A stretch of DNA of 62,954 bases, the filler included, from Craspedostauros australis (lineage: Eukaryota): the NCBI GenBank assembly GCA_030167865.1. It is 16 parts of 16 records of this genome, joined end to end, with 100 filler letters (N's around TTAATTAATTAA, not from the genome) between each part and the next. Parts side by side here need not be neighbours in the genome. Positions count along the whole stretch, not along the records: positions 1 to 1,589 come from JALAGF010000544.1; positions 1,690 to 3,521 come from JALAGF010000545.1; positions 3,622 to 5,696 come from JALAGF010000546.1; positions 5,797 to 19,854 come from JALAGF010000547.1; 12 more parts are not named here. One strand, given 5' to 3'. The translations under genes were made by a program, and so were the position numbers. This document shows, in pieces, positions 1-11,657 of this stretch. The notes under the pieces were generated by a model. That model did not search any database, had not been told where the DNA came from, and was given only the letters and a program-made list of their open reading frames with translations. Position 1 is the stretch's first letter, and every line of letters begins with the position of its first letter.

Positions 1-1
1 G

Positions 2-78
<77 letters not shown>

Positions 79-86
79 GGTGGTTG
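1..86. repeat. (GTT)n followed by (GGT)n microsatellite, encoding poly-Asn/poly-Thr on the minus strand
   Basis: Directly visible: about 21 GTT units, then GGT units. Confidence 0.95.
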
Positions 87-1422
87 TGTTGCCATCGTTG
101 GAAGCCGCTGCCCCCACAGTTTGAGCGATCGAAGAAGCGGCGAGCGATGCCGCCATCTGAGAATCTGCTCTGCGTTCCGCACGAATCGGAGGCGTGGCCG
201 TAGCGAGCCACGCTTGAAACTGACGCTGGGTTTCGTCTAGCTTCTCCAGGAGACCGACTGTGCACTGGATCTGCTCCTTGGCGTTTCGAGCTCGCTTCGG
301 AGAAGCCACCACCTCCACAGAAGACAAACTCGAGGTCGCGTCGTCGCCGTTGCTTGCCGCCACATTCTGTCGCCGCGCTGTTGCTGCTGCTCCGTTGCTC
401 GCCACCACATTCTCTCGCCGCACCGTTGCTGCTGCTCCACGCGCCGCCACATTCTCTTGCCGCACCGTTGCTGCTGCTCCAGCTTGTGGTTGTATTTGAG
501 GAGGGCGCAGTCTTAGCATGCGATGCTGCTGCCTTGCTGTGATCCTCTTGCGCCCAGCGATTCTTCTGTAGGATGCGATGGCATCGTCCATATACTCCTG
601 GCGCTCCTGCTGGAGGTTGGTGAGGTCATCCAGCCACAACTTCACACTCTCAGCCATGCCGCTCCTGCGAGGATGAGTGTGGTTGTACAGGGCTGTAAAG
701 CGCATGAGATTTTCGAATCTCCCCTTCAGCCCTTTTTGTTGTGGGACAGTGGGAAAGACCGATGAATTCTCAACGTGCACCGCATTGCGGATCGCACTCC
801 ATGCCACTCCGATTGGAGGTATCCAAGGCTTTTTCAGACTCCTTGTGATGACATCGATGAGGATTCGGTCGCATGGCTGGGGGGTCACCAGCCATGGGAA
901 GTGGTCCACCTTCCCCTTCAGATTGTAGAACATGGGAGGGAAGAATTTTGATCTGGATTTGCGGGCGATGGGAGCGGGATCGTTGGGAGAGGTTGGCATG
1001 TTGCCATCACTGGCTGCCGCCACCGCAGATGATACGGAAGGAGGCACAGGCACCTTCTTGCGCCGGTATGCCCGCTTCTTGTTGTTGTTGTTGTTGTTGT
1101 TGTTGAGTGGCAATGGTTCCGCCGGAGGCTGATAGGTGGCTGATGGTGAAGCGCGAGGCTTCCCAGAGTCGGCCATCGCGTTGATGTCGTCGCCGTTGCG
1201 CACGTCGAAGGCAGCACCAATGTTGGCTGTAGGTTGTGCCACTGTGAACCTGTAAGTACAGCGCTCGAAACCAGGTGGCAGTTTCTCATCCTTGCCCAAC
1301 ACTGATGGTGGGAAGACAAAGGTTGCTGGTGTGCCAGTGGTCCCACTCGTCGTGACCTCGCTGTCACTGTTGGTCTCCGACGGGGCAATGGATGAAGCCG
1401 CGGGAGGAGGGGAGCCGTCCAT
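1..1422 (-). CDS. Myb/SANT-like DNA-binding protein resembling the PIF/Harbinger accessory ORF; 3' end runs off the window
   Basis: Absent from the ORF track because it has no stop. ATG at 1422 (MDGSPPP...) opens a frame of 474 codons to position 1, with an in-frame TGA upstream at 1452-1450. The core ILIDVITRSLKKPW..IGVAWSAIRNAV..GLKGRFENLMRF..RRSGMAESVKLWLDDLTNL is followed by a coiled-coil-like stretch and poly-T/poly-N. Confidence 0.6.
361..480. repeat. Three imperfect ~42-45-nt tandem units within the CDS
   Basis: CACATTCT(G/C)T...GCCGC..CGTTGCTGCTGCTCC occurs three times and encodes GAAAT(V/A)R(Q/R)(E/Q)NV(A/V)A. Confidence 0.8.
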
Positions 1423-1589
1423 GATGAATAGCAGGAAGAAGATTATGCGTCACAAACGACACGTGCAGTGTTCTGTGGTGGTGATGTTATTGTCTCGTGC
1501 AAGGTGTTGGTCGAAGTGGAGCATCGAGGTATAGTCATAAGGTGGGTTGTGATGGATGATTGTCTTGAGATGAGAGAATCGAGCGATGG

Positions 1590-1689
1590 NNNNNNNNNNN
1601 NNNNNNNNNNNNNNNNNNNNNNNNNNNNNNNNNTTAATTAATTAANNNNNNNNNNNNNNNNNNNNNNNNNNNNNNNNNNNNNNNNNNNN
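1590..1689. other. Artificial contig spacer N44-TTAATTAATTAA-N44 (first of 15)
   Basis: The same 12-mer, with stops in all six frames, starts at 1634, 3566, 5741, 19899, 22466, 23642, 25061, 26535, 42714, 44665, 50654, 55577, 56963, 58616 and 60936, always between N runs. Confidence 0.98.
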
Positions 1690-2232
1690 ACTTCTGGACC
1701 AACATCTGGACCAACATCTGGACCAACATCCGGCCCAACTTCTGGACCTACTTCTGGACCAACCAGCGGACCTACTTCTGGACCAACATCCGACCCAACT
1801 TCTGGACCAACATCCGGCCCAACCTCTGGACCTACTTCTGGACCAACCAGCGGACCAACTTCCGGCCCAACATCTGGACCAACTGGCGGACCAACTAGTG
1901 GACCAACATCAGGACCAACCAGTGGACCAACATCAGGACCAACCAGTGGACCAACGTCTGGACCTACAAGCGGACCAACCAGCGGACCAACCAGCGGCCC
2001 TACATCTGGCCCAACATCTGGCCCAACATCTGGTCCAACTTCTGGACCAACCAGCGGACCAACCAGCGGGCCTACAAGTGGACCTACAAGTGGACCTACA
2101 AGTGGACCTACAAGTGGACCTACAAGTGGACCTACAAGTGGACCTACAAGTGGACCTACAAGTGGACCTACAAGTGGACCTACAAGTGGACCTACAAGTG
2201 GACCCACAAGTGGGCCTACGTCCGGACCAACA
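1690..2232 (+). repeat. 12-nt coding tandem repeat (Pro-Thr-Ser-Gly), about 45 units
   Basis: CCAACATCTGGA, CCAACCAGCGGA and CCTACAAGTGGA variants; a homogeneous CCTACAAGTGGA block lies at about 2071-2200. Confidence 0.95.
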
Positions 2233-3521
2233 TTGGCGCCCACCAGTAACGTTCCAAGTTCTGCCCCATCGAGAAACTGTGAATATGTTGTGGCCGACTT
2301 TGATGGGGACGATGTGAAGACTAATGCCTATCTTTTCCCAACAGCACTCATTGAATCTGGTATCTCGATCGAGGCATTCGGTTCTAATGGCACTGGGCAC
2401 ACCCCAAGCGATATGGCCAGGGTCATGGAGACCCCCACGGAGGGGAATGCCATCTTCATTCAAGAATCGAATGTCAGAGATATCATTCCAAACGCTGAAG
2501 GAGGAGTCTTGTCGTTCACTTTCCAAGCCACTGTGGAAGAAGTGATTGGGCTGCAGCTTTGGGATGTTTCGGAGGGCGGAATTGTTACCGTTCTCACAGA
2601 AGGTGGCACCATCGAGTCCTTCCCAATCATGGCATCTCCGAATGCCACCCAGACGATTGATATTGGTGTCTTTGAGGCTCTCGAAATGAACGTTACCTTT
2701 GGCGGGACATTGTCTGTGACGGCCATCGAAATTTGTTTTGACGGTTCCACGACTCCTGGTCCAGTACGATTCGCGCCTCCATCCGAGACAAAGAGTCCCA
2801 CTGCCATGCCAACAACAAGCCCCGCACCAACGGGCGAGCCCACAGAAAGTTCAGCACCAACTGACTGTTACGATCAACTCCGTGCGAAACTTGTCGACCA
2901 GGTAGGAACGGATTCTACTCCTGTACCAGAGGATGAAGAACTGATCGTCGTTACGTCCCAGAACGGCACACACGTTGGCTTTGAAGTCAACCAGGTGTGG
3001 GGATCAGGGGCAAACATCAGCCTGATTGCTGTGAATCACCATGTGAACTTTACATACACCGAATGCAGTCGCCAATACGATGTGACACCAGATTCATCGT
3101 CGTTGTATTTGGCGAAGTGTTTCGATGAGTGGGCTGATGTCACTGTGTACATCTATACAGCAGACGACTTTTCGGAGGAAGAATGTGACATCTGCGAAAC
3201 GCCTGAAGAAGATGATGAAGACATCATGGTATTCCACTTCGAGATTCCATGCAACTCCGAGTGCGATCTCTCCGCCTCTCCGACTGGAGGACCAACCAGC
3301 GGACCAACCTCCGGCCCAACTTCTGGACCAACCTCTGTACCCACCTCTGAACCAACTAGCGGACCAACCAGTGGACCAACCAGCGGACCAACATCCGGAC
3401 CAACATCCGGCCCAACCAGCGGCCCAACTTCTGGACCGACTTCCGGACCCACCTCTGGACCAACCAGTGGACCAACCAGCGGACCAACCAGCGGACCAAC
3501 CAGCGGACCAACCAGCGGACC
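1690..3521 (+). CDS. Internal fragment of a large extracellular mucin/adhesin-like protein: (PTSG)n, two Cys-containing domains, (PTSG)n
   Basis: The whole contig is one open frame (1690 is in frame with ORF 2233). The two globular domains align by eye with the C-terminal domains of the 6866-11657 protein. Confidence 0.85.
3280..3521 (+). repeat. Second PTSG 12-nt coding repeat array, about 20 units, running off the contig
   Basis: CCAACCAGCGGA-type units. Confidence 0.95.
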
Positions 3522-3623
3522 NNNNNNNNNNNNNNNNNNNNNNNNNNNNNNNNNNNNNNNNNNNNTTAATTAATTAANNNNNNNNNNNNNNNNNNNNNNN
3601 NNNNNNNNNNNNNNNNNNNNNCT

Positions 3624-4664
3624 TCACCTATCGGATTGATCACCCAGGCGGCGTAGTAAGTGCAGTGTTTGGTGCTCTTTTCCTGTGTGTAATTGCTGAT
3701 TATCACTTGCTGTGCGTGCAATGTTCTTCTCGCCGACGAGGCAAATCGTGTAGAGGTTGGGAGCCAGCTTGATAGGCAGCAAGTCTACCCCCGCGCGCAC
3801 GAATGCCACCACCTGTTCCATTTGAGGAACTGGCAAGTTCATTGCCNGAATCAGNGCTTTCCACAGCGCATTGNNGGCCACCGCGAAGATCTTCTTCGCT
3901 TTGCTCCACACTTGCTTGTCGGATTTGCGCCCCAATACAAATCCGCAACGAGGAAAGTCAGCCAGCACAGTCGCAAGGCGTTTCACTCCGAGCTCCTGCA
4001 AGACCCCATCCATAGTTTGAAACGCATCTGTCTTGTTCATGTTGTGCTTGGGTTGGAATCTTCCGGAGATAGATTTCCCGCTCTTGACTTTCTTGCGTCC
4101 GTTGGGGCGGAAGGCTTTGTCGTCGTCAGCCTTGCGGCGTTGCATGCGCTTGCCTTTCGTTGCTGGTTTGGATAGCCGGTGCGGGAAGGGGTGCGGGAAG
4201 GAGTGGGGGAAAGCTCCAAGAGTCGGGACGCAGAGTTTGACCTGCACTTTTGTCCCCGCATTGGAGCCCTGTCCAAAGGCCTGCACTGTGACCTTGGAGG
4301 TGTCAAGAATCATGCCGTTGTCGGTGGTGATGTGCACGCGAACGAAGAGTACCTTGTTGGTTGCATGGAGTGTGCGATTCTGGTTGTTGTTGGTTTGGAT
4401 CTGAACGTCACACTCGTAGTCGAAGGTCGCGCCTTTCAGCACAGGAGGCAANNNNNNNNNNNNNNNNNNNNNNNNAATGTGCTGCTTACCATCTACATCC
4501 AGTGGAGGCAACAGCTTCTCAGCAGCAGATGGCGCAAACAGTTCTTTGCAATCAATTGGATCGGATGGGAAGGGGCGCACGGATGGAGAGGATGGCAAAC
4601 GCTTCTTCTTGGAGGGAGAAGGATTGGCGTCCTTCGACGCAGCTTTCGAGGTAGAGACAGGCAT
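3624..4664 (-). CDS. Hypothetical basic protein
   Basis: Long ORF from ATG 4664 (MPVSTSK...) with an NLS-like SKKKR. It contains ambiguous bases and no family is recognised. Confidence 0.4.
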   Translation of the reverse strand: MPVSTSKAASKDANPSPSKKKRLPSSPSVRPFPSDPIDCKELFAPSAAEKLLPPLDVDGKQHIXXXXXXXXLPPVLKGATFDYECDVQIQTNNNQNRTLHATNKVLFVRVHITTDNGMILDTSKVTVQAFGQGSNAGTKVQVKLCVPTLGAFPHSFPHPFPHRLSKPATKGKRMQRRKADDDKAFRPNGRKKVKSGKSISGRFQPKHNMNKTDAFQTMDGVLQELGVKRLATVLADFPRCGFVLGRKSDKQVWSKAKKIFAVAXNALWKXLIXAMNLPVPQMEQVVAFVRAGVDLLPIKLAPNLYTICLVGEKNIARTASDNQQLHTGKEHQTLHLLRRLGDQSDR

Positions 4665-6865
4665 GATGCTGATTGGTACTGATGGGTAGATGGAGAAGAC
4701 TACTAGTGATGGAAGTGAACTGAGCAGGAGGGATGCAAGAACGTGACGATACAAACACTACATGAACATGCAACAAGCACCGCACACCACCACGAAAAGC
4801 AAAACGCGATTTGGTGGCAAAATGTGAGGAGATTTGTGGCATGTGACGAGAGTCAAATTTCGAATTTGAATGGTAACGTCTAATAACGGTTTGATATTTC
4901 AAAAACGTGCTCCGACAAGTTGAACAATGGCGTCGCTGAAATGTCAAATTCCGTACGCAACCCGTCAAAAAAAGTTCTTTCCCGAACGTGTCTGGACACA
5001 TTGCGTTCTTTGCATCGGAAAAGCTAATCAATGCCTTGCAATCATGACGGAGCAGTGTTCATATTCGACCAAGAGGACCGTAAATCTACAAAGGTGGATA
5101 AAAATTAAAATTAGACATTAAACCAAAATCGGCGTCCACTATGATTCTTATATTTTGTTCTAGTTTATGAATATGTGGGTTGCTTGGTCGAAAGCCCCGT
5201 ATCTTCCCACCCCCTCAGGACCGACTGCAGGTCCCATCACTCAAGTGGGTCGTAATGAAATAGCGCAAACATATGCTACAGCCAATAAACAGAAACGAGA
5301 CACGGAGTATCAAGATTGTAAATTCTGTCACAGCCACAGAAAGGCGTTTTGTGTACGACCTGCAGAGAATGTAAAATGGGTCACGATAGCACTAGTTGTG
5401 GAGTTTTACTCGTGATGAGTCGTGATAAAGTAGACTAAAATAGAGCACACCCAAAACCATCCAAACAACTGCTTATGATGNNNNNNNNNNNNNNNNNNNN
5501 NNNNNNNNNNNNNNNNNNNNNNNNNNNNNNNNNNNNNNNNNNNNNNNNNNNNNNNNNNNNNNNNNNNNNNTTGTATGAACTTTATTTTTAATGTCATTTT
5601 GGCTTGCTGTCAGTCAGGTGGTGGGTGCGAAAAATTCTCGATGGCACCATGCTGCCCTCCCTTCAGCACCCATGATCATCATTATCATCCCTGGCANNNN
5701 NNNNNNNNNNNNNNNNNNNNNNNNNNNNNNNNNNNNNNNNTTAATTAATTAANNNNNNNNNNNNNNNNNNNNNNNNNNNNNNNNNNNNNNNNNNNNATAT
5801 GTGCTTTGTTTGGATATCGGAGACAAATGTTATTGAGTCCCATGACAAAGTGCAGGTCGACTCACTGATCGGGCTCTTATGCTCGCTGGCGTTCCTCAAG
5901 TGCGTTCTACTGTTCCACGTGGGCATTGTTGTGCGCAACGCATGCCGCGCATAAGTGTTGGTGTCTATTGTCACGGTCATGGAATACGCCACCAATATTG
6001 GGTCTTTTTCATTTATGTCAAAAAACTGGCATGCGTGGCCAGGAGCGAAGTGCTCTTTACGTCATTTTGTACCTGTCACTTATGGCATCGCCATCTCTTA
6101 TTTCGATCACGATCGTTCATGTCAACATAGAGCAGGTCGTAGAATTTCACATTCCTTGATAGAAGAGAAACAACTTGTTGTATTCCTGCTTTATTGGCGT
6201 GCCAAACTGAATGTCGATTCATGTCGCACAGGTCACCTCAGACACTTTCCCACCAAACCCATCGCTTCCAATCATCATGTTCTGCACACAAACACAACAG
6301 GCCCAGCCTTAGAATGCGTTTGTTTGTGGCGGAAGTGCGCGAATAGTTGGTTTGGTTCGCATGACTGCCCTGGTCATTTCGGAGAAGCGCCGCCAAGGAA
6401 CCTGAGTGAATTGGAACCACGAATAGTCATGCGGTAGTTTGTTTCGAACCCGGGACGCTCCGCCTTTGGTGCTTCCTCCGGAGCCGAAAGCAATCGCCAT
6501 CTCACCGTTTCAGCACCTCGCAAAGCTTGTCAGGTCCCTGATGCCGTTTCGGGTTCCATCTCCTCCTTGTTTTGTGCAATACGCATTACAAGCACCCCGT
6601 TGCATGGGATAGGCACAATTCTGCGGGCCTGATCGACCTGTATCCCGGGATCGGCATCTACTGCGAGTAATATTTCGTCCTTCTCTATTCTCATAAAAAG
6701 CCAGAGAACGCGACTCCAAAGCCTTCTCTCACAATTCTTCCCATCGGTTCTTCCACATACGAGCACCAACACTTCCAACTGGATCAACCAGCTGATCGAC
6801 AATCCACCAACTCCAACACAAAAACAAAACAAAACAAACAACCACTACCGCTTCTCTTGCCAAAG

Positions 6866-9800
6866 ATGAAGATCTCCGCTTCCATCGCCATGTGGGCGCT
6901 CTCCCTCGCCGGGACTGCGCTTGGTGATGACAGTGGCAACAGCAAGAGCTGCGAGTCCGTTCGAGTGCGTACGCACGGCTCCTGCGAGGGCCTGCTGGAC
7001 TCCAACCCCATCCAGCTCGTGTCCAGCACCGCCACCACGGCCACCATCAACGTCCGCCAAGTCCTCACGCAGCGCAAGCTCGACTGGATCGGCGTGCAGA
7101 CCTGGGATGTCGACAACCCCGACGTGGCCTGCGCCGAGCACTACGGCGGAATCCCCCACGGCGTCAAGCTCATCGCCGAAGAAGATATTGTCTGCGATGC
7201 GGCAAAGAAGGTCGCGACCGTCGAGATCTTCGTCATCGACAAGGACATCGTCGAATTCAAAGGTGACACCGCGCCCTTCGACAACACCTGCGATGATGAC
7301 GATTACCCTCACCTGGCCAGCGCGTTCAAATCATGCGCCTTGACGTACGAAGTCCCATGTGGATGCTCCGACGATGAAGCCTTCGCCTCCGCTTCCGCAT
7401 CTGCCTTCGCCGACGTCTCCACCGCCAACGTCGAACAAAAGCGTCGTCTCGATGCAGCTTTGGGTACGTGAATCTTCGCTCCGCAACGGCCAACACCCCG
7501 CGACGCTCTGTTCTACTCTGTGTTACCGTTGCGCTCCGCCTTGCTTTGCTTCGCCGCGATTCGCACCAAGTCAAATCTAACACTTCGCAACACCCTCACT
7601 TTGCCATCGCCTCCTTTCCTCCGCCGACTTTCCATGTCTAACCGCCCTCTTACGCGTGCATACAAACTACACACGTCTCTGTTGATATCATTCTCGACAC
7701 ACCGCAGGAGAGAAGCCATCGGACGAACCGAGCATGGTACCAACCAACCACCCGACCAGGTCCCCCACCTCAGCTCCCACTGCCAGTTTCAACCCAACCA
7801 CGACCGCCATGCCGGCTGCTCCAGGCGGACCCGGCTGCGCCGGGCTCGTGAGTCTCCCAGCAGACTTCGTATCCCCAATGCCCTTTTGCTACGATTCCCC
7901 CGGCGGCCGTGGTGGCCGTGGCATCCGCCCCATCCCCGACCACACTTGTTACGCCATGGATCAATCCGACAACTGCGGTGTCATGGACTTCGTCATCCAG
8001 GGCCTCTCCACGGACGACTTCTACCGTTGCAGCGATGTGTGGCTCTGGTTCACAAACTGCGTCGCGTCCTACGGCTGCACCTTCTTGCCTAGCTACGCCA
8101 AGTTCCACTACGGCAAGCCAAACCGCAAGATCATCGACAGATCGTATGCCGATCCGCCCCAGTACGAGTTCTTCGTTAACGGCAACGGCGTGACAGGAAA
8201 GTTCCGCTGGATGTGCCCAGACTTGGCAAGTGCCAAGGGTATGAAGCACTTTGCCGACGCTGTCTACAGACAAGGATATCCCGGAAGCGCCGACGGAAAG
8301 AGCACCCTCTTCCAGACACCGGTTGGAACATGCGAGAGCGAGGCCCCATCCCAGAGCTTGGTTCCCTCGACGAGCGCAGCACCAACTCCCACACCCTCCA
8401 TCTCCTGTAAGGACGAGCTCGGTCTCTTCTACCCTATGGCCAAGAAGATGAGCGCGTTCCGTCAAGGATTCGGCGCCCCAGATGGCAGTCGATGGACCAC
8501 CATCGTCACGCCAGACTGCGAGTACCAGATCCTCGACCAGAGCACCGGCAAGATCGAGACGTTCGACTTGCCACTCCAGCAGGTGAAGGGTCTCTCCGAT
8601 ATCTTCAAGGGAACGCTCATCGACAACGGTGCCGAGCCTGACCACATGCACCCGCTCTCGATCAACTACATGTCGAAGCCAAACCTTGGTGACGGCAAGT
8701 ACTACAGCCAAATCGATGTGAGCCTCGCTGTCAAGACCGCTCCGTTGCGATTCCAATTCGACACCTCCCAGGCGCGCGACGGATTCCACGGTAAGCTCCA
8801 CCAGCTGTACAAGCACCGCGGCCGCTTCTGGCAGACCGTCGATGCCACGAACCGTTGTGGCCGCAGCCCATTGTGCTTTGACAAAAAGCCAGCATCCACA
8901 TGCTATGTCGACTTCGAAAGCCAGAACTGCGCCGAGTATGACTTCGTCATCGCCGACCACACAGGAGAGATCTACCGCAGCGCCGACCCCTGGGAGTTCT
9001 TCAACGCCTGCCTGGACACCATCCCATACTGCCGCATCCACGACAACTCTCGATGGAACCACGGCGTGCCCATCCCTGGATCGACGGTATTCGGCCGCGC
9101 CTTCTGGACGTGGCCGGATGTCCCGAAGACGTCCTCCGTTCTGGGGAGGGGCGGAATGACCAGTCAGAACCGATACGTCTGCTTCGACTGGGAAGGTGGA
9201 AACGCCTTCGAGGTCTTCCTCAAAGAGATGATTTCCTCCGGTTCGTTGGCACGGGAGCCAGCCCAATGCACGGAATCCCCCACTCTCGCACCGACGGCGT
9301 GCACCGACGGATTCTTAACCCAGGCACCGCTCAACATCGCCCTCACTATCGACATCTCGTACAGTACCTACAACATCACCTTCGACGGCGAGGTCGGAGA
9401 TCAGAACGAAGATGGAAAGCCAAACACCATCCTCGACGCCGAGATTGCCGCCGTCCACAAGCTGCTCACCGCCATCCAGAACACTGAAGGCCTCAACAAC
9501 GGAAACGTCCAGATCGGCGTGATCGTCTTCGAATCATCCGCCACCTACAAGGGATCCTACATGCCACTCGGTCAATACAACCCACTGGGTTCCGATGGCT
9601 TCGTCAACGAAGTCCTCCTCTCCGACCTCAGGAGCATCAAGACTGAGACGTACGAGTACTACGCCGCCTTGAACAACATCGGATACACCAACTTCGACGA
9701 TGCTTTGGATAAGACCATCACATTCTTCGAGGAACGCAGCGAAGCGCTGGGAGAAGACTACGCGGACTGGACCAACCTCATGGTCTTCCTTTCCGATGGT

Positions 9801-11657
9801 GTCCCAACAGTCCGCGGAGATGGTGATAACGAGCAGCCATGCTTCCGCAACGAGACTTGCTCCCACGGATCCATGCCACAAAACACTCCTGATGATCAGT
9901 TCACGCCACTCTGGGAGCGTGGCCAGCTCTCCTACTGCACCAGCGGCGATCCAAACTGCATCAATGACAAGTACAGGGACTGCGTGCTCGGCCTCGCTTG
10001 CTCCAACGCGCCGCAGACCATGGTCTTCGACAGCGAGCTGGCGCGCCTGGACGAGCTCAACGTGATAAGGCTTGCGATCGGAGTTGGGTCCGAGAGTGAT
10101 GTGTCGCAAGATTCCGCCTTGAGCATCATCGACAGCAACCCATTCAAGGACGTCCACAATCTGCTCCCACGCCAGGTGCACAGCGCCGATGACCTTGCTA
10201 TCGCCCTTCGCAACCTTTGCTTCGAGAACACAGCCAACCCCACCAATCTGGCCTCCGAGGCGCCCACCGCTGTCCCAACCGCCGTTCCCACATCCCTTCC
10301 AACCGACGAGCCAACCAGCGCTCCCACCAAGCTTGCCAGCGCGTCTCCGTCAAATGCGCCCACCGAGACTCCCACTGTGGACGTCTGCGAATACCAAGTG
10401 ATCGACTTCACCGAAACTGCCACCGGTGAACCCACCGGTGACGGCAGCGTCACACCCAATAGCTGGGATGTGTACGGCTTGCGCATCATCACCAACTCCG
10501 CAACCGGTGTCAGCGAGGCTCGGTACTACGACACCAAAGACGAAGCTGCCGGAAAGGGTATCATCATCCAGAAGGACGGCTCCCGCGACCCCACCATGGA
10601 CCCAGACGGAGGTGAGATCGTGCTCACCCTCGGCATGGTTCATGAGAAGAACATGAAGCTCACCATCTTCGGCGCCACCGATGGTTACTCCATCTCCGCG
10701 TTGCTTCCACCAACTTCAGAAGGGCCGGGCGAAAAGACGACGAACTACCACGAAGGGTCCGCCGGTGTTGATGAAGTCGCTGTGGATGTTGGCGGGATAT
10801 ACCAAATCGTGGTGAGCCTGGGCGGTCCAGGAGTGCTCAGCGAGATCAAGCTTTGCCGCAATCCCAACTCCACCCCAGCGCCCATCGGTCTTGCAAGCCA
10901 CGGCTCCACTGATGCCCCCACCCAGGGTCCGCAGCCCCAAACCCAAAACTTCCTCGGCGAACCAAGCGGCAGTGACGACAAGTGCCCACCAAGCGTCAAG
11001 CTCATCAGCAGCATGGGATCTACCCGCTTCACCAGTATGCCGATCCAGATTTCCGAATACAACGGATCCTCTGTGAAATTCTCGGCTCGGCAAACGGTAC
11101 GAGCCACAGCTGCCGAGTTCTACACCAGCTACAGCCCGGACGCCTTTGACACTGAGTGCGCGCTTATTGAGAACGCCCCACAGTATGTGGGTGACACCTA
11201 CGAGGCCTTCTGCATCGGCTTGGCGAAGGTCGCGATCGTTGACGTGTTGGTGTCCGATCCTGGTCTCAACGCCGAGCTTGACACTGCCACCGTCCCCATT
11301 TGCTGCCACGCACCCGATGGTGTGGCTAAGCCAACGGTGCGGTATACCTTCGAGCTCAGGTGCGAGGACCCTTGCCCATCTGACGGTTCTTCTGGGGCCG
11401 AGCGCAAGCTCGCAGAAAGCAACGGTGAGACTGCGAAGGGTGCTGATGCACCTGATGCCAGCTTCTACTGCAAGCCAATGGAATTCCCATGTGGCGACAA
11501 CCCCGACATGGTCCAGGTTTGCCACTACTCCTCCAAGCATGGATACAGCACCTACTGCATCCATGCCAGCGAGTCCGACGTGGTCTCCTACATGCCAAAA
11601 GATTCTTGCGGCAAGTGCCCCGACGAAATTCTGTCCGCACAGACCGCGACTGCATAA
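6866..11657 (+). CDS. Secreted multidomain vWA (MIDAS) adhesin-like protein with PTS linkers, about 1515 aa, 2 exons
   Basis: Exons 6866-7463 and 7708-11657. The phase-1 intron G|GTACGT...CGCAG|GA joins ORF 6857 in frame to ORF 7734. Signal peptide MKISASIAMWALSLAGTALG. vWA motifs LTIDISYS, TNFDDAL and VFLSDG. RXL motifs KRRL and ERKL. Confidence 0.88.

Noticed and set aside
1690..2243. Collagen-like or CRISPR-like reading of the 12-nt array (ORFs GPLV/GPDV and DQP)
   Set aside because: There are no unique spacers. Synonymous variation is consistent only with the plus-strand PTSG frame, so the other frames are shadows.
7770..9266. Long antisense ORFs (also 31288-32763, 36759-37967, 52155-53114, 10716-11564)
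   Set aside because: These are shadow ORFs opposite codon-biased real genes and contain no recognisable motifs.
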